DNA of 64,000 nt from an uncultured Acidobacteriota bacterium. GTDB lineage: Bacteria > Acidobacteriota > Terriglobia > Terriglobales > Acidobacteriaceae. The stretch lies in the NCBI GenBank assembly GCA_963735695.1, contig CAVTLV010000001.1, positions 855,458-919,457 on the forward strand, read 5' to 3'. The translations under genes were made by a program, and so were the position numbers. Shown in pieces: positions 14,969-24,252 of the stretch; the first letter of the stretch is position 1; each line of letters opens with the position of its first letter. Under the pieces are notes generated by a model. The model was given only the letters and a program-made list of their open reading frames with translations. It did not search any database and was not told the DNA's origin.

Positions 14969-16135
14969 ATGCCAGGAAGTTCTGCGCCGCTTGAGACCGA
15001 GTGGTCTTTGTTGCGGGCTGCGTGTGCCGATGTTCCTCCTGCACAGAAAACCGCTCGAATTCGTAAGTTATTAGATTCTCAGATTCGCTGGGATTCTCTC
15101 CTTAGTCTCGCGGAAAATCACGGGGTGCAACCGATTCTTGCACGATCCCTCATGAGTTTCGAGGATCAGATTCCTGCCCAAGCGCTCATCGCTCTAAAAC
15201 AAAGTTATCAGGCAAATCTTCACAAAGCTCTCTTGCTATCAGGTGAATTTGTTCGTGTGGTTGACAAGTTGTCGGAGGCTGGAATCGAATTCATTCCCTA
15301 TAAGGGTCTGGCTTTGGCGGAGACCATCTACGGGGACATTGCGTTGCGCCAAGCCGGCGATATCGATCTCCTGATTCATGCGGCAGATCTGAAGCGCATC
15401 CAGGAAGTGATGGGGAAGATCGGTTACGTGCTGCAATTGAATTTTTCGGAAGACGAAGAAGCGGCATACATAAAGTCTGGGTACGAGTGCGCATTCGACG
15501 GTGCAGCAGGAAGGAATTTGCTGGAGGTCCAATGGGCGATTGAGCCACATTTTTATGCGGTAGATGTTGATCTTGAAGGACTATTCCGCAGGGCGCAGAC
15601 GGCAAGGGTTATGGGCTTAGACACAAAGTCGTTGTCACCGGAGGACCTCTTTGTAGTACTGGGTTTGCATGCGGCGAAGCATGTATGGGGACGGCTGATC
15701 TGGTTATGCGACCTGGAGCGGATCAGCAGGCTGCCGCTAAACTGGAAAAGGATCGTTGAGCACGCGCAGCAACTGGGTGTAGTGCGAATTCTTTGCGTTA
15801 CGCTACTGCTTGCAGAAAGACTGCTCGGCTCTCCTTGCCCGGCATTGGCCGCGGAAAATCTTCCCAAGGATTCAGCAGCTGAACCATTGGCGCAGGAGAT
15901 CGAAACATACATTTCAAACGATAAGACATACGATGTTGAGTCGCTCGCGTACTTCCGCCTGATGCTGAGATTGCGAGAACGGCGCATCGACCGTATCCGA
16001 TTTGTTAGCCGATTTGTATTTACGCCAGGGCCCGGCGAGTGGGCGGTGATGCGACTCCCGAAACTTCTATTTCCGCTATACCGGGTGTTGAGACTTACTC
16101 GCCTAGTCGGCAGAATAGTCAGTGGCCGGGTCTGA
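14969..16135 (+). CDS. nucleotidyltransferase family protein (PF14907 / NTP_transf_5-like)
   Basis: The N-terminus (WDSLLSLAENHGVQPILARSL) and the GDIDLLIHAADLKRIQEVMGKIGY block are typical of the uncharacterised nucleotidyltransferase family found in lasso-peptide clusters. Confidence 0.6.
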   Translation: MPGSSAPLETEWSLLRAACADVPPAQKTARIRKLLDSQIRWDSLLSLAENHGVQPILARSLMSFEDQIPAQALIALKQSYQANLHKALLLSGEFVRVVDKLSEAGIEFIPYKGLALAETIYGDIALRQAGDIDLLIHAADLKRIQEVMGKIGYVLQLNFSEDEEAAYIKSGYECAFDGAAGRNLLEVQWAIEPHFYAVDVDLEGLFRRAQTARVMGLDTKSLSPEDLFVVLGLHAAKHVWGRLIWLCDLERISRLPLNWKRIVEHAQQLGVVRILCVTLLLAERLLGSPCPALAAENLPKDSAAEPLAQEIETYISNDKTYDVESLAYFRLMLRLRERRIDRIRFVSRFVFTPGPGEWAVMRLPKLLFPLYRVLRLTRLVGRIVSGRV

Positions 16136-17332
16136 GCGAGTCCAACTTCGCAGATAGAGGACGTACATAAGCGCGCATCCCAACAGCGGGACATAGAAGC
16201 CAGCCTTCAAGGTCCCAAACCTTGTGGACGAAACACCTACAAGCCATGGTAAAAGACCGCCCCCGATGTTCGACAGAACGAACATGAGCGATCCGATCCG
16301 GGGGGAATCAAACTCACGAGACAGGAGCGAAATTGTAATGGGGTAGACGTATGAGAGACCCAAACCCCCGGCGCATGCGCTGGCAGCCACTCCCGGCAAT
16401 TCATGCGAAGAGATCAGTCCTGCCATTCCCGCACACGCCAAAAGTAAGCCAATCTGGACCAGTCGGATTTCGTCAATGACCAGGAGCAGAGCAGGTGCCA
16501 GCATTCTGCCGACCGTCAGCGAGGCATAGAAAAAGGAGGGAATCGCCAAAGATGTAGCCAGTGTCAAGGTTCCCAGACTCTTCCCATAGGACGCCAGCCA
16601 CTGGCCAAATCCGTTTTCCACCCCGACGTAGAGAAAAAAAAGCAGTGCGAGAATGGAAAATAGATGGGTACGCGCACGAATCAGGGACAGGACCGGGCGT
16701 TTGTCCAATATCACAGCCGGTTCGACGATGCCGCCGCCGGTTAACGCTATCCCGATCACAACCGAAACACAGAAGCCGGAGACGCAAAGCAAAAATAGCG
16801 GAATGTGTTGAGTCTTGGAGGCCGCGGCTACCAGGAAGGGACCGGCTACCGCTCCCGTGCTCCAGAAGAAGTTCAGCAGATTTAGCGTCGCGCTTCTGCG
16901 TCCCGGATTCACTGCGGCGACCATCAGGTTCGCTGCGGGAACTGCCAAGCCGAGTCCGGCACCATTCGCTGCAATGCAAACAATGGCAGACCATTTTGGA
17001 CCGGCTAGCAAAAAGGCCAGCCCCATAGCGGTGAGAAGAAGTCCGGTCTTCATTGCAAAGCGGTATCCTCGCCAGGAAGCCAAGACTCCTGAAAATGCAA
17101 CGGCGCAAGTCGAAGCAACGTACTGGACCGGAAAAAACGCGCCCGCCTGTGAGTAATTCAATGACCAGCGCGCCGAAAGCGTCGGCAGCATCGGACCGAG
17201 AATAACGGTTGCGACTCCGATGGGAATAAATGAGATGTACGCGGCATAGGTGAGAACGCGGGCAGAATCGGGCGCTGTGTGCGTGGCGGCGGTAGACATG
17301 AGGGGAGCGACTGCGTCCCCGGGCAGACGCAA
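16103..17332 (-). CDS. MFS transporter
   Basis: About 12 hydrophobic segments with MFS-like loops. The 3' end overlaps the convergent NTase gene by 33 nt. An alternative start is ATG 17299. Confidence 0.7.
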   Translation of the reverse strand: MRLPGDAVAPLMSTAATHTAPDSARVLTYAAYISFIPIGVATVILGPMLPTLSARWSLNYSQAGAFFPVQYVASTCAVAFSGVLASWRGYRFAMKTGLLLTAMGLAFLLAGPKWSAIVCIAANGAGLGLAVPAANLMVAAVNPGRRSATLNLLNFFWSTGAVAGPFLVAAASKTQHIPLFLLCVSGFCVSVVIGIALTGGGIVEPAVILDKRPVLSLIRARTHLFSILALLFFLYVGVENGFGQWLASYGKSLGTLTLATSLAIPSFFYASLTVGRMLAPALLLVIDEIRLVQIGLLLACAGMAGLISSHELPGVAASACAGGLGLSYVYPITISLLSREFDSPRIGSLMFVLSNIGGGLLPWLVGVSSTRFGTLKAGFYVPLLGCALMYVLYLRSWTRSDPATDYSAD

Positions 17333-17345
17333 GATCGTGTTGATC

Positions 17346-18389
17346 CTAGCAGGAGAGGGGTGCGTTTGCCGTAGATTCCCTGACGACTAGTTCAGGCTCG
17401 ATCGCAATCTCCGAAGGGTATTCCTTCTTGCCCTCAATTCGATCCAACAGGGTCTGGGCGGCGACTTCTCCCATACGGTTCAATGGCTGCCGCACCGTGG
17501 TCAGGCTGGGGGTATGAAAAGCCGCCCCGGGGATGTCGTCAAATCCGAGAACGGATATATCCTGCGGTACTCGGAGGCCTTGTTCCAGGATCGCACGGAT
17601 CGCGCCGATTGCGGATATATCGTTGTAGGCGAAGATTGCAGTGAATGGCTTCTGACGAGCGAGCAATTGCTTGGCGAACGGATAACCCAACATCGGTGTT
17701 GGGTCGTCCGTATCGATCTGCACGGTCAGCTCAGGATCAATGTTGATCCCGATCTCGGCGGCCACATGACAGATGGCATCCCAACGGTCCAATGAATCAG
17801 AACTTACTGGATTGCCCCTCATGAACGCGATACGTTCATGGCGCAGATCCTTCAGGTGGTTGAGCGCCAGAACAGCTGCCCGTTTGTGATCGAGCACGAT
17901 GTTGGTGATGCCCTTCAGTTTCTTGTGACCGGCGATCGCCACAGTGGGCAGCATGGGGACTTCCTGCACCGTAGTATCGACAGTGATAATCCCCTCGACA
18001 CCGCGTTCAGAAAGGAGTTGCGAATAGCGGCTCAACAGAGCCTGATCGTGCCGATGGACGACAGTCAGGAAAAAATAGTCGCGCTTCCTCAGATATTGCT
18101 CGATGCCGCTAATGATCGGTGAACTGTAGGAATCGCCGATCTCTTCCGCGATCACTCCAATCGTGTAAGTGCGTTTGTTGCGGAGAGTACGGGCAAAGAA
18201 GTTGGGGCGATAGTTGAGTTCCTTGGCGGCCGCGCGGATTCGGTTCTTGGTCTCCTGCGGAATGGAACGGGCAGACGGAGAATCGTTAAGGACAGCCGAG
18301 ACTGTGCCGGGCGTAAGTCCTAAGTATTGCGCGACCGATTTGAGCGTGATGACCTGCGGCTTTTGGCCGGGCTTCTTGACTTGCACCAT
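17346..18389 (-). CDS. LacI-family transcriptional regulator
   Basis: The N-terminal HTH is TLKSVAQYLGLTPGTVSAVLND, followed by a periplasmic-binding-protein-like sugar-binding core (AIFAYNDISAIGAIRAI, ISVLGFDD). Confidence 0.85.
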   Translation of the reverse strand: MVQVKKPGQKPQVITLKSVAQYLGLTPGTVSAVLNDSPSARSIPQETKNRIRAAAKELNYRPNFFARTLRNKRTYTIGVIAEEIGDSYSSPIISGIEQYLRKRDYFFLTVVHRHDQALLSRYSQLLSERGVEGIITVDTTVQEVPMLPTVAIAGHKKLKGITNIVLDHKRAAVLALNHLKDLRHERIAFMRGNPVSSDSLDRWDAICHVAAEIGINIDPELTVQIDTDDPTPMLGYPFAKQLLARQKPFTAIFAYNDISAIGAIRAILEQGLRVPQDISVLGFDDIPGAAFHTPSLTTVRQPLNRMGEVAAQTLLDRIEGKKEYPSEIAIEPELVVRESTANAPLSC

Positions 18390-18394
18390 GGGCT

Positions 18395-18410
18395 TTTAAA
18401 TCGTTTTAAC
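18395..18410. promoter_or_regulatory. candidate LacI-type operator (imperfect palindrome centred on CG)
   Basis: TTTAAATC|GTTTTAAC has 6 of 8 matching positions per half-site. It lies 6 nt upstream of the lacI-family start codon. It shares the AAATCG.TT core with the site at 20170-20185. Confidence 0.3.
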
Positions 18411-18513
18411 TGCCGTTCAAGAACCAAGGCAATGCTACCAGACTGCCGCTCCTTGTCAGTGATTCCGCACACGCTTTCGATTTGCACGGGCCCATGCCTC
18501 AGAACCGGCGCCC

Positions 18514-20058
18514 TCACACCTTCGCATACCGTTCGCTGTTCGGTTTCGAGCCGCTCAATGCGAAATACAAAATGTACAGGTAGCAAATGACCGGCAAGAA
18601 GAACGCGTGATGAATGCCGATGTGGTCGGCGATCCAACCCTGCGCTACCGGAATGATTGCCCCACCGACAATCGCCATAATCATGATTCCGGATCCATCG
18701 CCTGTCAGCGGCCCGAGCTCTGCCACGCCAAGAGTAAAGATGCTGGGGAACATGATGGAATTGAAGAATCCGACCAGGATAATGCTGTACATCGCGGTAT
18801 GGCCGTTCGTCAGCATGGAGACTGCGACGAGGCCCGCCGCGCACACTGCACAGAGGCCAAGCAAAATTCCTGTTCGCACCACCAAGCGGCCTCCACGAAG
18901 GGCCGTGGCGATTGCGAGGACTGCCGCTACGACAGCGACCAGAGCGAAAAGTGGGCGGGCGGTAACGAGAATATTGACGACAGCCCAGAGGAGGGCTATG
19001 AAGCTGAAATGAGTTGGAGGCGCAAGCTGGTCGGCAAATGCGTGGGCAACCCAGGACGAGATTAGAAAGAGCACGACTCCACCGACAGACGCAAGCGCCA
19101 GATAGGCTGCCTTTGCCCCGCTCAATAGCGCCGATCCGAAGAAACGACCGACCATGGCGCCGCCCCAGTAGAGGGCGACGAAGCCAGCGGCAACCTTCTC
19201 TGTCAGGGCTCCAATTTCAGGCTGGCCGAAGTAATTTACCAAGAAGCTTCCAATGGAAACCTCAGCGCCAACATAGACAAAGATGGCGATGGCCCCGAAG
19301 ATCAAATTCGGATGCTTCCAGATGGAGTCGTCGACCTTCTCCCCGAGCTGATGTTGAGCATGTGGAATTTTTGGCAACTTGAAACTGCCAATCGCGATCG
19401 CCAGCAGGACGAGCGCGATGCCCAGTCCGACGTAAGGCATCTTGACTGTCGCAGCTTCGTGCAGGCGATAAGCCTGCAGCGCGTCTGGCGCTAGAGCTCT
19501 CACTTCCTCAATTTTTCGCGCCGCGGTCAGAATAAAGAGGCCACCGAAGAAGGGGGCTAGAAACGTCCCTAGAGAGTTGAACGCCTGCGTCAGATTGAGC
19601 CGGCTCGACGCGGTTTCGGGCTTTCCCAGAACGGTGACATATGGATTGGCGGCTACCTGCAGGCAGGTGATTCCCGCAGCAAGCACGATGAGCGCGCCGA
19701 GGAATAGCGGGTAAGACGGAACACTGGCTGCAGGAACAAACAAAAATGCTCCCAGTCCCATAGTAAGCAGACCCACGACCATCGATCGCTGATACCCGAT
19801 CCAGTCAATAATCTTCGCTGAGGGGATCGAGAACAGGAAATAGGCGCCGAAGAACGCAAACTGAACCAGCATCACCTTGAAATAGCTCAAGTCAAAAATC
19901 GATTTCAGGTGGGGAACTAAGATGTCGTTCAAGCAGGTAAGGAAGCCCCACATGAAGAAGAGCGTGGTCACTGTGGCCAGCGGAGCGCCATAGCTTTGTC
20001 CGGTGCCCGGAGCGGGAGCAGCGGCCGTGGTGCTGGTATTAGGAGTTGCGATCGCCAT
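18514..20058 (-). CDS. sugar:H+ symporter of the FucP/GluP (glucose/galactose) MFS subfamily
   Basis: The N-terminus LFFMWGFLTCLNDILVPHLKSIFDLSY and the later blocks GRFFGSALL and FFNSIMFPSIFTLGV are typical of GluP/FucP. At 514 aa it is longer than usual. Confidence 0.8.
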   Translation of the reverse strand: MAIATPNTSTTAAAPAPGTGQSYGAPLATVTTLFFMWGFLTCLNDILVPHLKSIFDLSYFKVMLVQFAFFGAYFLFSIPSAKIIDWIGYQRSMVVGLLTMGLGAFLFVPAASVPSYPLFLGALIVLAAGITCLQVAANPYVTVLGKPETASSRLNLTQAFNSLGTFLAPFFGGLFILTAARKIEEVRALAPDALQAYRLHEAATVKMPYVGLGIALVLLAIAIGSFKLPKIPHAQHQLGEKVDDSIWKHPNLIFGAIAIFVYVGAEVSIGSFLVNYFGQPEIGALTEKVAAGFVALYWGGAMVGRFFGSALLSGAKAAYLALASVGGVVLFLISSWVAHAFADQLAPPTHFSFIALLWAVVNILVTARPLFALVAVVAAVLAIATALRGGRLVVRTGILLGLCAVCAAGLVAVSMLTNGHTAMYSIILVGFFNSIMFPSIFTLGVAELGPLTGDGSGIMIMAIVGGAIIPVAQGWIADHIGIHHAFFLPVICYLYILYFALSGSKPNSERYAKV

Positions 20059-20169
20059 GAGTTCTAATCTTCCTTCGAGGGGCTATGAATTGCGTGATCG
20101 CCGCCATCATACATCGGGGAGAAGCTATTTTGCGCACTTTCTTCCGGGAAAGAATCGCGTCCAGGCCCT

Positions 20170-20185
20170 ACAAAATCGATTCTCT
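20170..20185. promoter_or_regulatory. candidate LacI-type operator in the divergent gluP-like / hydrolase intergenic region
   Basis: ACAAAATC|GATTCTCT has 6 of 8 matching positions per half-site and a perfect AATCGATT core. A TTGACA hexamer follows at 20189-20194, but I saw no convincing -10 element. Confidence 0.3.
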
Positions 20186-20258
20186 AGCTTGACAATCAGT
20201 TCCAGTTGCCGGAGACTCAGTCGTTTCCGGCAATCATCTTCTCTTTCGAGAACTGTCT

Positions 20259-23200
20259 ATGCGCAGAGTAATTCTGTTCGTACTCTTTACGTTCACTGTC
20301 CTCGGCAGCTGGACTCTTCTGCTGGCCCAGAGCGAGCTGAGAGATGTCGTGGTGTTCAGCGAACCGGGATTCCCGGCAGCGGACTCCGCCGCGCCTTCAG
20401 AAGTGCAACTCGCGGCACTGTTCTCTGGGGCGAACAAGGTGGGAGCCGATCAACTTCCAGCAGTTCTGTCCTCTCAGTCGGCTCATCTGCTGGTACTTCC
20501 CTACGGTTCCGCTTTCCCCGAGGAGGTTTGGCCGGCGATTAAGAGCTTTCTGGATCGGGGAGGAAATCTGTTGGTGTTCGGCGGAATGCCGTTTACGCGC
20601 GCGGCATATCGGGATGCAAAAGGATGGCATCTGCGGGACTACAGTGTGAGGTTCATCCGCCCGCTAATGATCGATCAATATCAGGAGACTCCGGGATCGG
20701 ACGGGCTTCAATTCCAGAGCAATCCCGAGCTAACTCTTAAAGTGCCGGCGTTCTCGTGGAAGCGAGCGTTCAGCCCGGTGATCCGGCTGAGCGCAGTGGA
20801 TTTGTACCATCGGGGCGGCGCGGCGGGATCACTTGATGCACGGCTGGACACACTCGCGTGGGGCGTTAAGGATGGCCGCAAACTGTCTGCACCGGCGATT
20901 CAGGTGGATCACGACCGGAACGGCTTCGACGGCGGACGCTGGATTCTGGTGAATGCGGAGTTCGGGCGCGAGTTTTTCGACAATAAGGAATTAATCCAGG
21001 CACTGGTGAATCGGGCGCGGAAAGGCGAAGAACAATTCGCGGTGCGCCCTGTGTTGCCGCTCTACCTTCCGGGCGAGCCAGTGGAGCTGCAAGTTGATTG
21101 GCATGCAGCAACGCCGGGGAGCGGGATGTCCATAAAGGTTACAGCCTTCTCCGAGTCAGAGCCTTCGAATCACGCGACTGTGACCGGAGCGATGCCTTCG
21201 ATAGGACCGATGATATTATCGCCTCCTGCTGGCAAGGGATTTTTCGTTCTCGAGGCGCAGTTGCTAGAGGGCGACCGAGTGCGAGCCATCTATCATTCGG
21301 GATTCTGGATTCGTGACGAAGCCTACCTTCGATCCGGCCCGCATCTGAGTGTCAATCACGACTACTTCGAACTTGACGGTCATCCGCTGGCGGTAGTGGG
21401 CACGACATACATGTCGAGCGAAGTGCAGCGCCTGTTCTTCGGGCATCCGAATGTTTATGTGTGGAATCAAGATCTCGGACAGATTCACGATGCGGGACTG
21501 AACATGATCCGCACCGGGTGGTGGACTGGCTGGGACAAGTTCTGCGATGAGAATGGGCAGCCTTACGAGCGGACGCTACGCACGCTGGAAGCCTATCTCA
21601 TGACGGCGCGTAAATACAGTTTGCCCGTGCAGTTCAATTTCTTCGCGTTCTTGCCGGATGTTCTCGGGGGCAGCAATGCATTTCTGGACCCGGGAGCGGT
21701 GCGAAGGCAGCAAACCTTGATCTCCTCGGTAGTCGCGCGTTTCCACGATGTGCCTTTTCTCGCATGGGACCTTATTAATGAGCCGAGTTTCTCTCAACAT
21801 CTGTGGACAATGCGCCCCAATGGCGATTCCATTGAGCTGGCGGCCTGGGACGAGTGGCTGAGCAAACGCTACCCGGATCGTACCAAGCTTGCCGCGTTGT
21901 GGAATGTTCCGCCACAGTCCATTGCAGGAATGATCCCTCTTCCCAGCGAAACAGAGTTTTCCCCGCGAGGCATGTACGTGGGGATCAACTCTCTGCGGGT
22001 GAACGACTACGTCCTGTTTGCGCAGGAATCTTTCGCTCAATGGGTACGTACGATGCGCGAAACCATCCGCGCGACAGGCTCTCAACAATTAGTCACTGTG
22101 GGTCAGGACGAGGGCGGGATTCAAGACCGTCTTTCACCGGCGTTCTGGGGTTCGTCGGTCGACTTCACGACGAATCACTCCTGGTGGCAGAACGACTACA
22201 TTCTTTGGGATTCGCTCGCGGCAAAGCAACCGGGTGAAGCTATGCTCATCCAGGAAACGGGGCTGCAGCGGGAGTTGAATCTCGACGAGATTGCGCGCCG
22301 CACACCAGAGAATGAGGCTGCCCTTCTTGAACGGAAGATTGCGTCGTCATTCATACAGGGATCGGGGGCGATCGAATGGCTCTGGAATACGAATTCCGAC
22401 ATGACAGAGAGCAACGAGACGCCGATTGGGGCAGTGCGGACCGATTACACGGAAAAGCCGGAAGCGACGCTACTGCGGGATTTTGCCCGATTTGCGCCTT
22501 CTTTGCAGGAGCACCTCCGAGATCCCCAGCTTCCGCCGGTTGCGATTGTCACCTCGCAAGCATCGCAGTACTCGGTGCTGGCGGATTTCCAACTGGAAGC
22601 ACAGCGACGCGCCGTGCGCGCTTTGACATATCTGGCCGGCTGCCGGTCGTATGTGATCGCTGAAAATCAGATCGAACGGCTCGGCAATCCGAAGCTTGTC
22701 ATTCTTCCATCGCCGCAGGCGCTGAGCGACACGGCCTGGACAGCATTGCTGAAGTACGTAGACGCGGGAGGGAATCTGCTGATTACGGGTTCCGTCGAGC
22801 GGGACGAGCATTGGCAGAGGAAACATCGAGCTTTCGAACTTGGGATCAAGGCACATGCTGAGCCGGTGGTATATCACAACGCGGTTATCACTCTAGGGGA
22901 AGCGCGCATTCGTCTCGCGTTCGGTCAACAACTACAGAATTGGCTGGATTCGTTGAAATTTGAAGATGACTCGACTTTCAAGGAAATTCCGCACGGCAAA
23001 GGGCGCATTTATTGGGCGGCGTACCCGGTGGAGTTGGCAGAGGACCTGCAATCCGCAGCTGACCTCTATTCTCAGGTGGCCGCACGGATGAACCTATCAC
23101 CGCCGTTCACCACCGCTACTGCGCTCGCATCGGGCGTGCTGGTGTTCCCGACTCTAACGGGAGATTCGATAATGTACGTCTTTGTGTCAGATTCTGACAG

Positions 23201-23330
23201 AGACGTGAACGTCAACATTCGTGACCAGGCGACGGGAGTTCCGATTGTCTTTCCTTTGCGGGCCCAGCACGCGGCGCTTGCGGTGATTGGCAAGAAGGAA
23301 AAGAAAGTCGTCGCCAAATATGGCTTCTAG
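20259..23330 (+). CDS. secreted multi-domain glycoside hydrolase, clan GH-A (GH5/GH42-like)
   Basis: The signal peptide is MRRVILFVLFTFTVLGSWTLLLA. AWDLINEPSF is an NEP acid/base motif. MLIQETG is a candidate nucleophile. VILPSPQALSDTAWTALLKYVDAGGNLLITG resembles a GH42-type trimerisation/GATase-like domain. Confidence 0.7.
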   Translation: MRRVILFVLFTFTVLGSWTLLLAQSELRDVVVFSEPGFPAADSAAPSEVQLAALFSGANKVGADQLPAVLSSQSAHLLVLPYGSAFPEEVWPAIKSFLDRGGNLLVFGGMPFTRAAYRDAKGWHLRDYSVRFIRPLMIDQYQETPGSDGLQFQSNPELTLKVPAFSWKRAFSPVIRLSAVDLYHRGGAAGSLDARLDTLAWGVKDGRKLSAPAIQVDHDRNGFDGGRWILVNAEFGREFFDNKELIQALVNRARKGEEQFAVRPVLPLYLPGEPVELQVDWHAATPGSGMSIKVTAFSESEPSNHATVTGAMPSIGPMILSPPAGKGFFVLEAQLLEGDRVRAIYHSGFWIRDEAYLRSGPHLSVNHDYFELDGHPLAVVGTTYMSSEVQRLFFGHPNVYVWNQDLGQIHDAGLNMIRTGWWTGWDKFCDENGQPYERTLRTLEAYLMTARKYSLPVQFNFFAFLPDVLGGSNAFLDPGAVRRQQTLISSVVARFHDVPFLAWDLINEPSFSQHLWTMRPNGDSIELAAWDEWLSKRYPDRTKLAALWNVPPQSIAGMIPLPSETEFSPRGMYVGINSLRVNDYVLFAQESFAQWVRTMRETIRATGSQQLVTVGQDEGGIQDRLSPAFWGSSVDFTTNHSWWQNDYILWDSLAAKQPGEAMLIQETGLQRELNLDEIARRTPENEAALLERKIASSFIQGSGAIEWLWNTNSDMTESNETPIGAVRTDYTEKPEATLLRDFARFAPSLQEHLRDPQLPPVAIVTSQASQYSVLADFQLEAQRRAVRALTYLAGCRSYVIAENQIERLGNPKLVILPSPQALSDTAWTALLKYVDAGGNLLITGSVERDEHWQRKHRAFELGIKAHAEPVVYHNAVITLGEARIRLAFGQQLQNWLDSLKFEDDSTFKEIPHGKGRIYWAAYPVELAEDLQSAADLYSQVAARMNLSPPFTTATALASGVLVFPTLTGDSIMYVFVSDSDRDVNVNIRDQATGVPIVFPLRAQHAALAVIGKKEKKVVAKYGF

Positions 23331-23533
23331 TGTCTCCGAGTTGCTTATTCCCCTACCTTGCATCGGAGCCCGGGCACCTGAAATCAACGCGATATCCCCT
23401 CGAATACGCTCTCCTTACAGCATCTGGGGTATTGTCTCTCCTCGCGCAGGAAAATACTTTCGGGGTATTAGACCAGCCTAGGGTGCTCCGCTGATCGCTG
23501 GGAAAAGCACAAGGTCGTAAAAGGAGAAACACG

Positions 23534-24103
23534 ATGCCAAAAGGTTCGCTGCGGGAACTTTATATCGACGAACTGCGGGATCTCTATAGCGCTGAAACCC
23601 AATTGACAAAAGCACTGCCCAAAATGGCGAAGACATCTTCGAACAGTGAGTTGCGGCAGGCATTCGAAGAGCATCTCCGGCAGACGTCTGAACAGGTTTC
23701 ACGCCTTGAACAGATATTCGACATGCTGGAGGAGAAGCCGACGGGCAAGAAGTGCCTTGGGATCGAAGGTTTGGTCAAAGAAGGTGCCGAAACAATCCAA
23801 GAAGACTATGAGGACGCGGTAATGGATGCAGCCATAATCGGCGCTGCCCAAAGGATGGAGCACTATGAGATTGCCGCCTATGGGACGACGAGGGAACTCG
23901 CCCGACTGCTGGGAGAAACCGAACATGTTCCTCTCCTGGAGCAAACGCTACACGAAGAAAAGCAGACAGATGAGAGACTGACTCAATTGGCCGGACAGAT
24001 CAATCCGCAGGCTCTGGTAGTCGGCAAAGGAGTGGAAGACCAGCAAGGCGAAGGGGGAGAAAGAAAGAGACGAACCAGGAGTTCATCCCGACGTGCAGCT
24101 TGA
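23534..24103 (+). CDS. ferritin-like DUF892 (YciE/YciF-type) stress protein
   Basis: LRELYIDELRDLYSAETQLTKALPKMAKTSSNSELRQAFEEHLRQTSEQVSRLEQIF is the hallmark N-terminus of the family. The RBS AAAGGAG lies upstream. Confidence 0.8.
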   Translation: MPKGSLRELYIDELRDLYSAETQLTKALPKMAKTSSNSELRQAFEEHLRQTSEQVSRLEQIFDMLEEKPTGKKCLGIEGLVKEGAETIQEDYEDAVMDAAIIGAAQRMEHYEIAAYGTTRELARLLGETEHVPLLEQTLHEEKQTDERLTQLAGQINPQALVVGKGVEDQQGEGGERKRRTRSSSRRAA

Positions 24104-24112
24104 CTGAGATCG

Positions 24113-24136
24113 GTGGAAGGGCGTCCACCCTTCCAC
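24113..24136 (+). terminator. stem-loop 10 nt after the DUF892 stop (no U-tract)
   Basis: Perfect 9-bp stem GTGGAAGGG / CCCTTCCAC with a 6-nt loop. Confidence 0.4.
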
Positions 24137-24252
24137 AAACTCTCATACTGCATCTGGAAAATACGGCAATTAGAGTATCGGCCAACCTCGATTTCTGCGG
24201 GCATGTTCTTACGGCAAATGCCTACGCACGTCGTCCGCCGTGAGGATTTCAG

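Noticed and set aside
12040-16135. Calling the cluster a lasso-peptide cluster
   Set aside because: There is no asparagine-synthetase-like cyclase or transglutaminase-like B2 protease anywhere in the window. The putative core also has no Asp or Glu to form the macrolactam.
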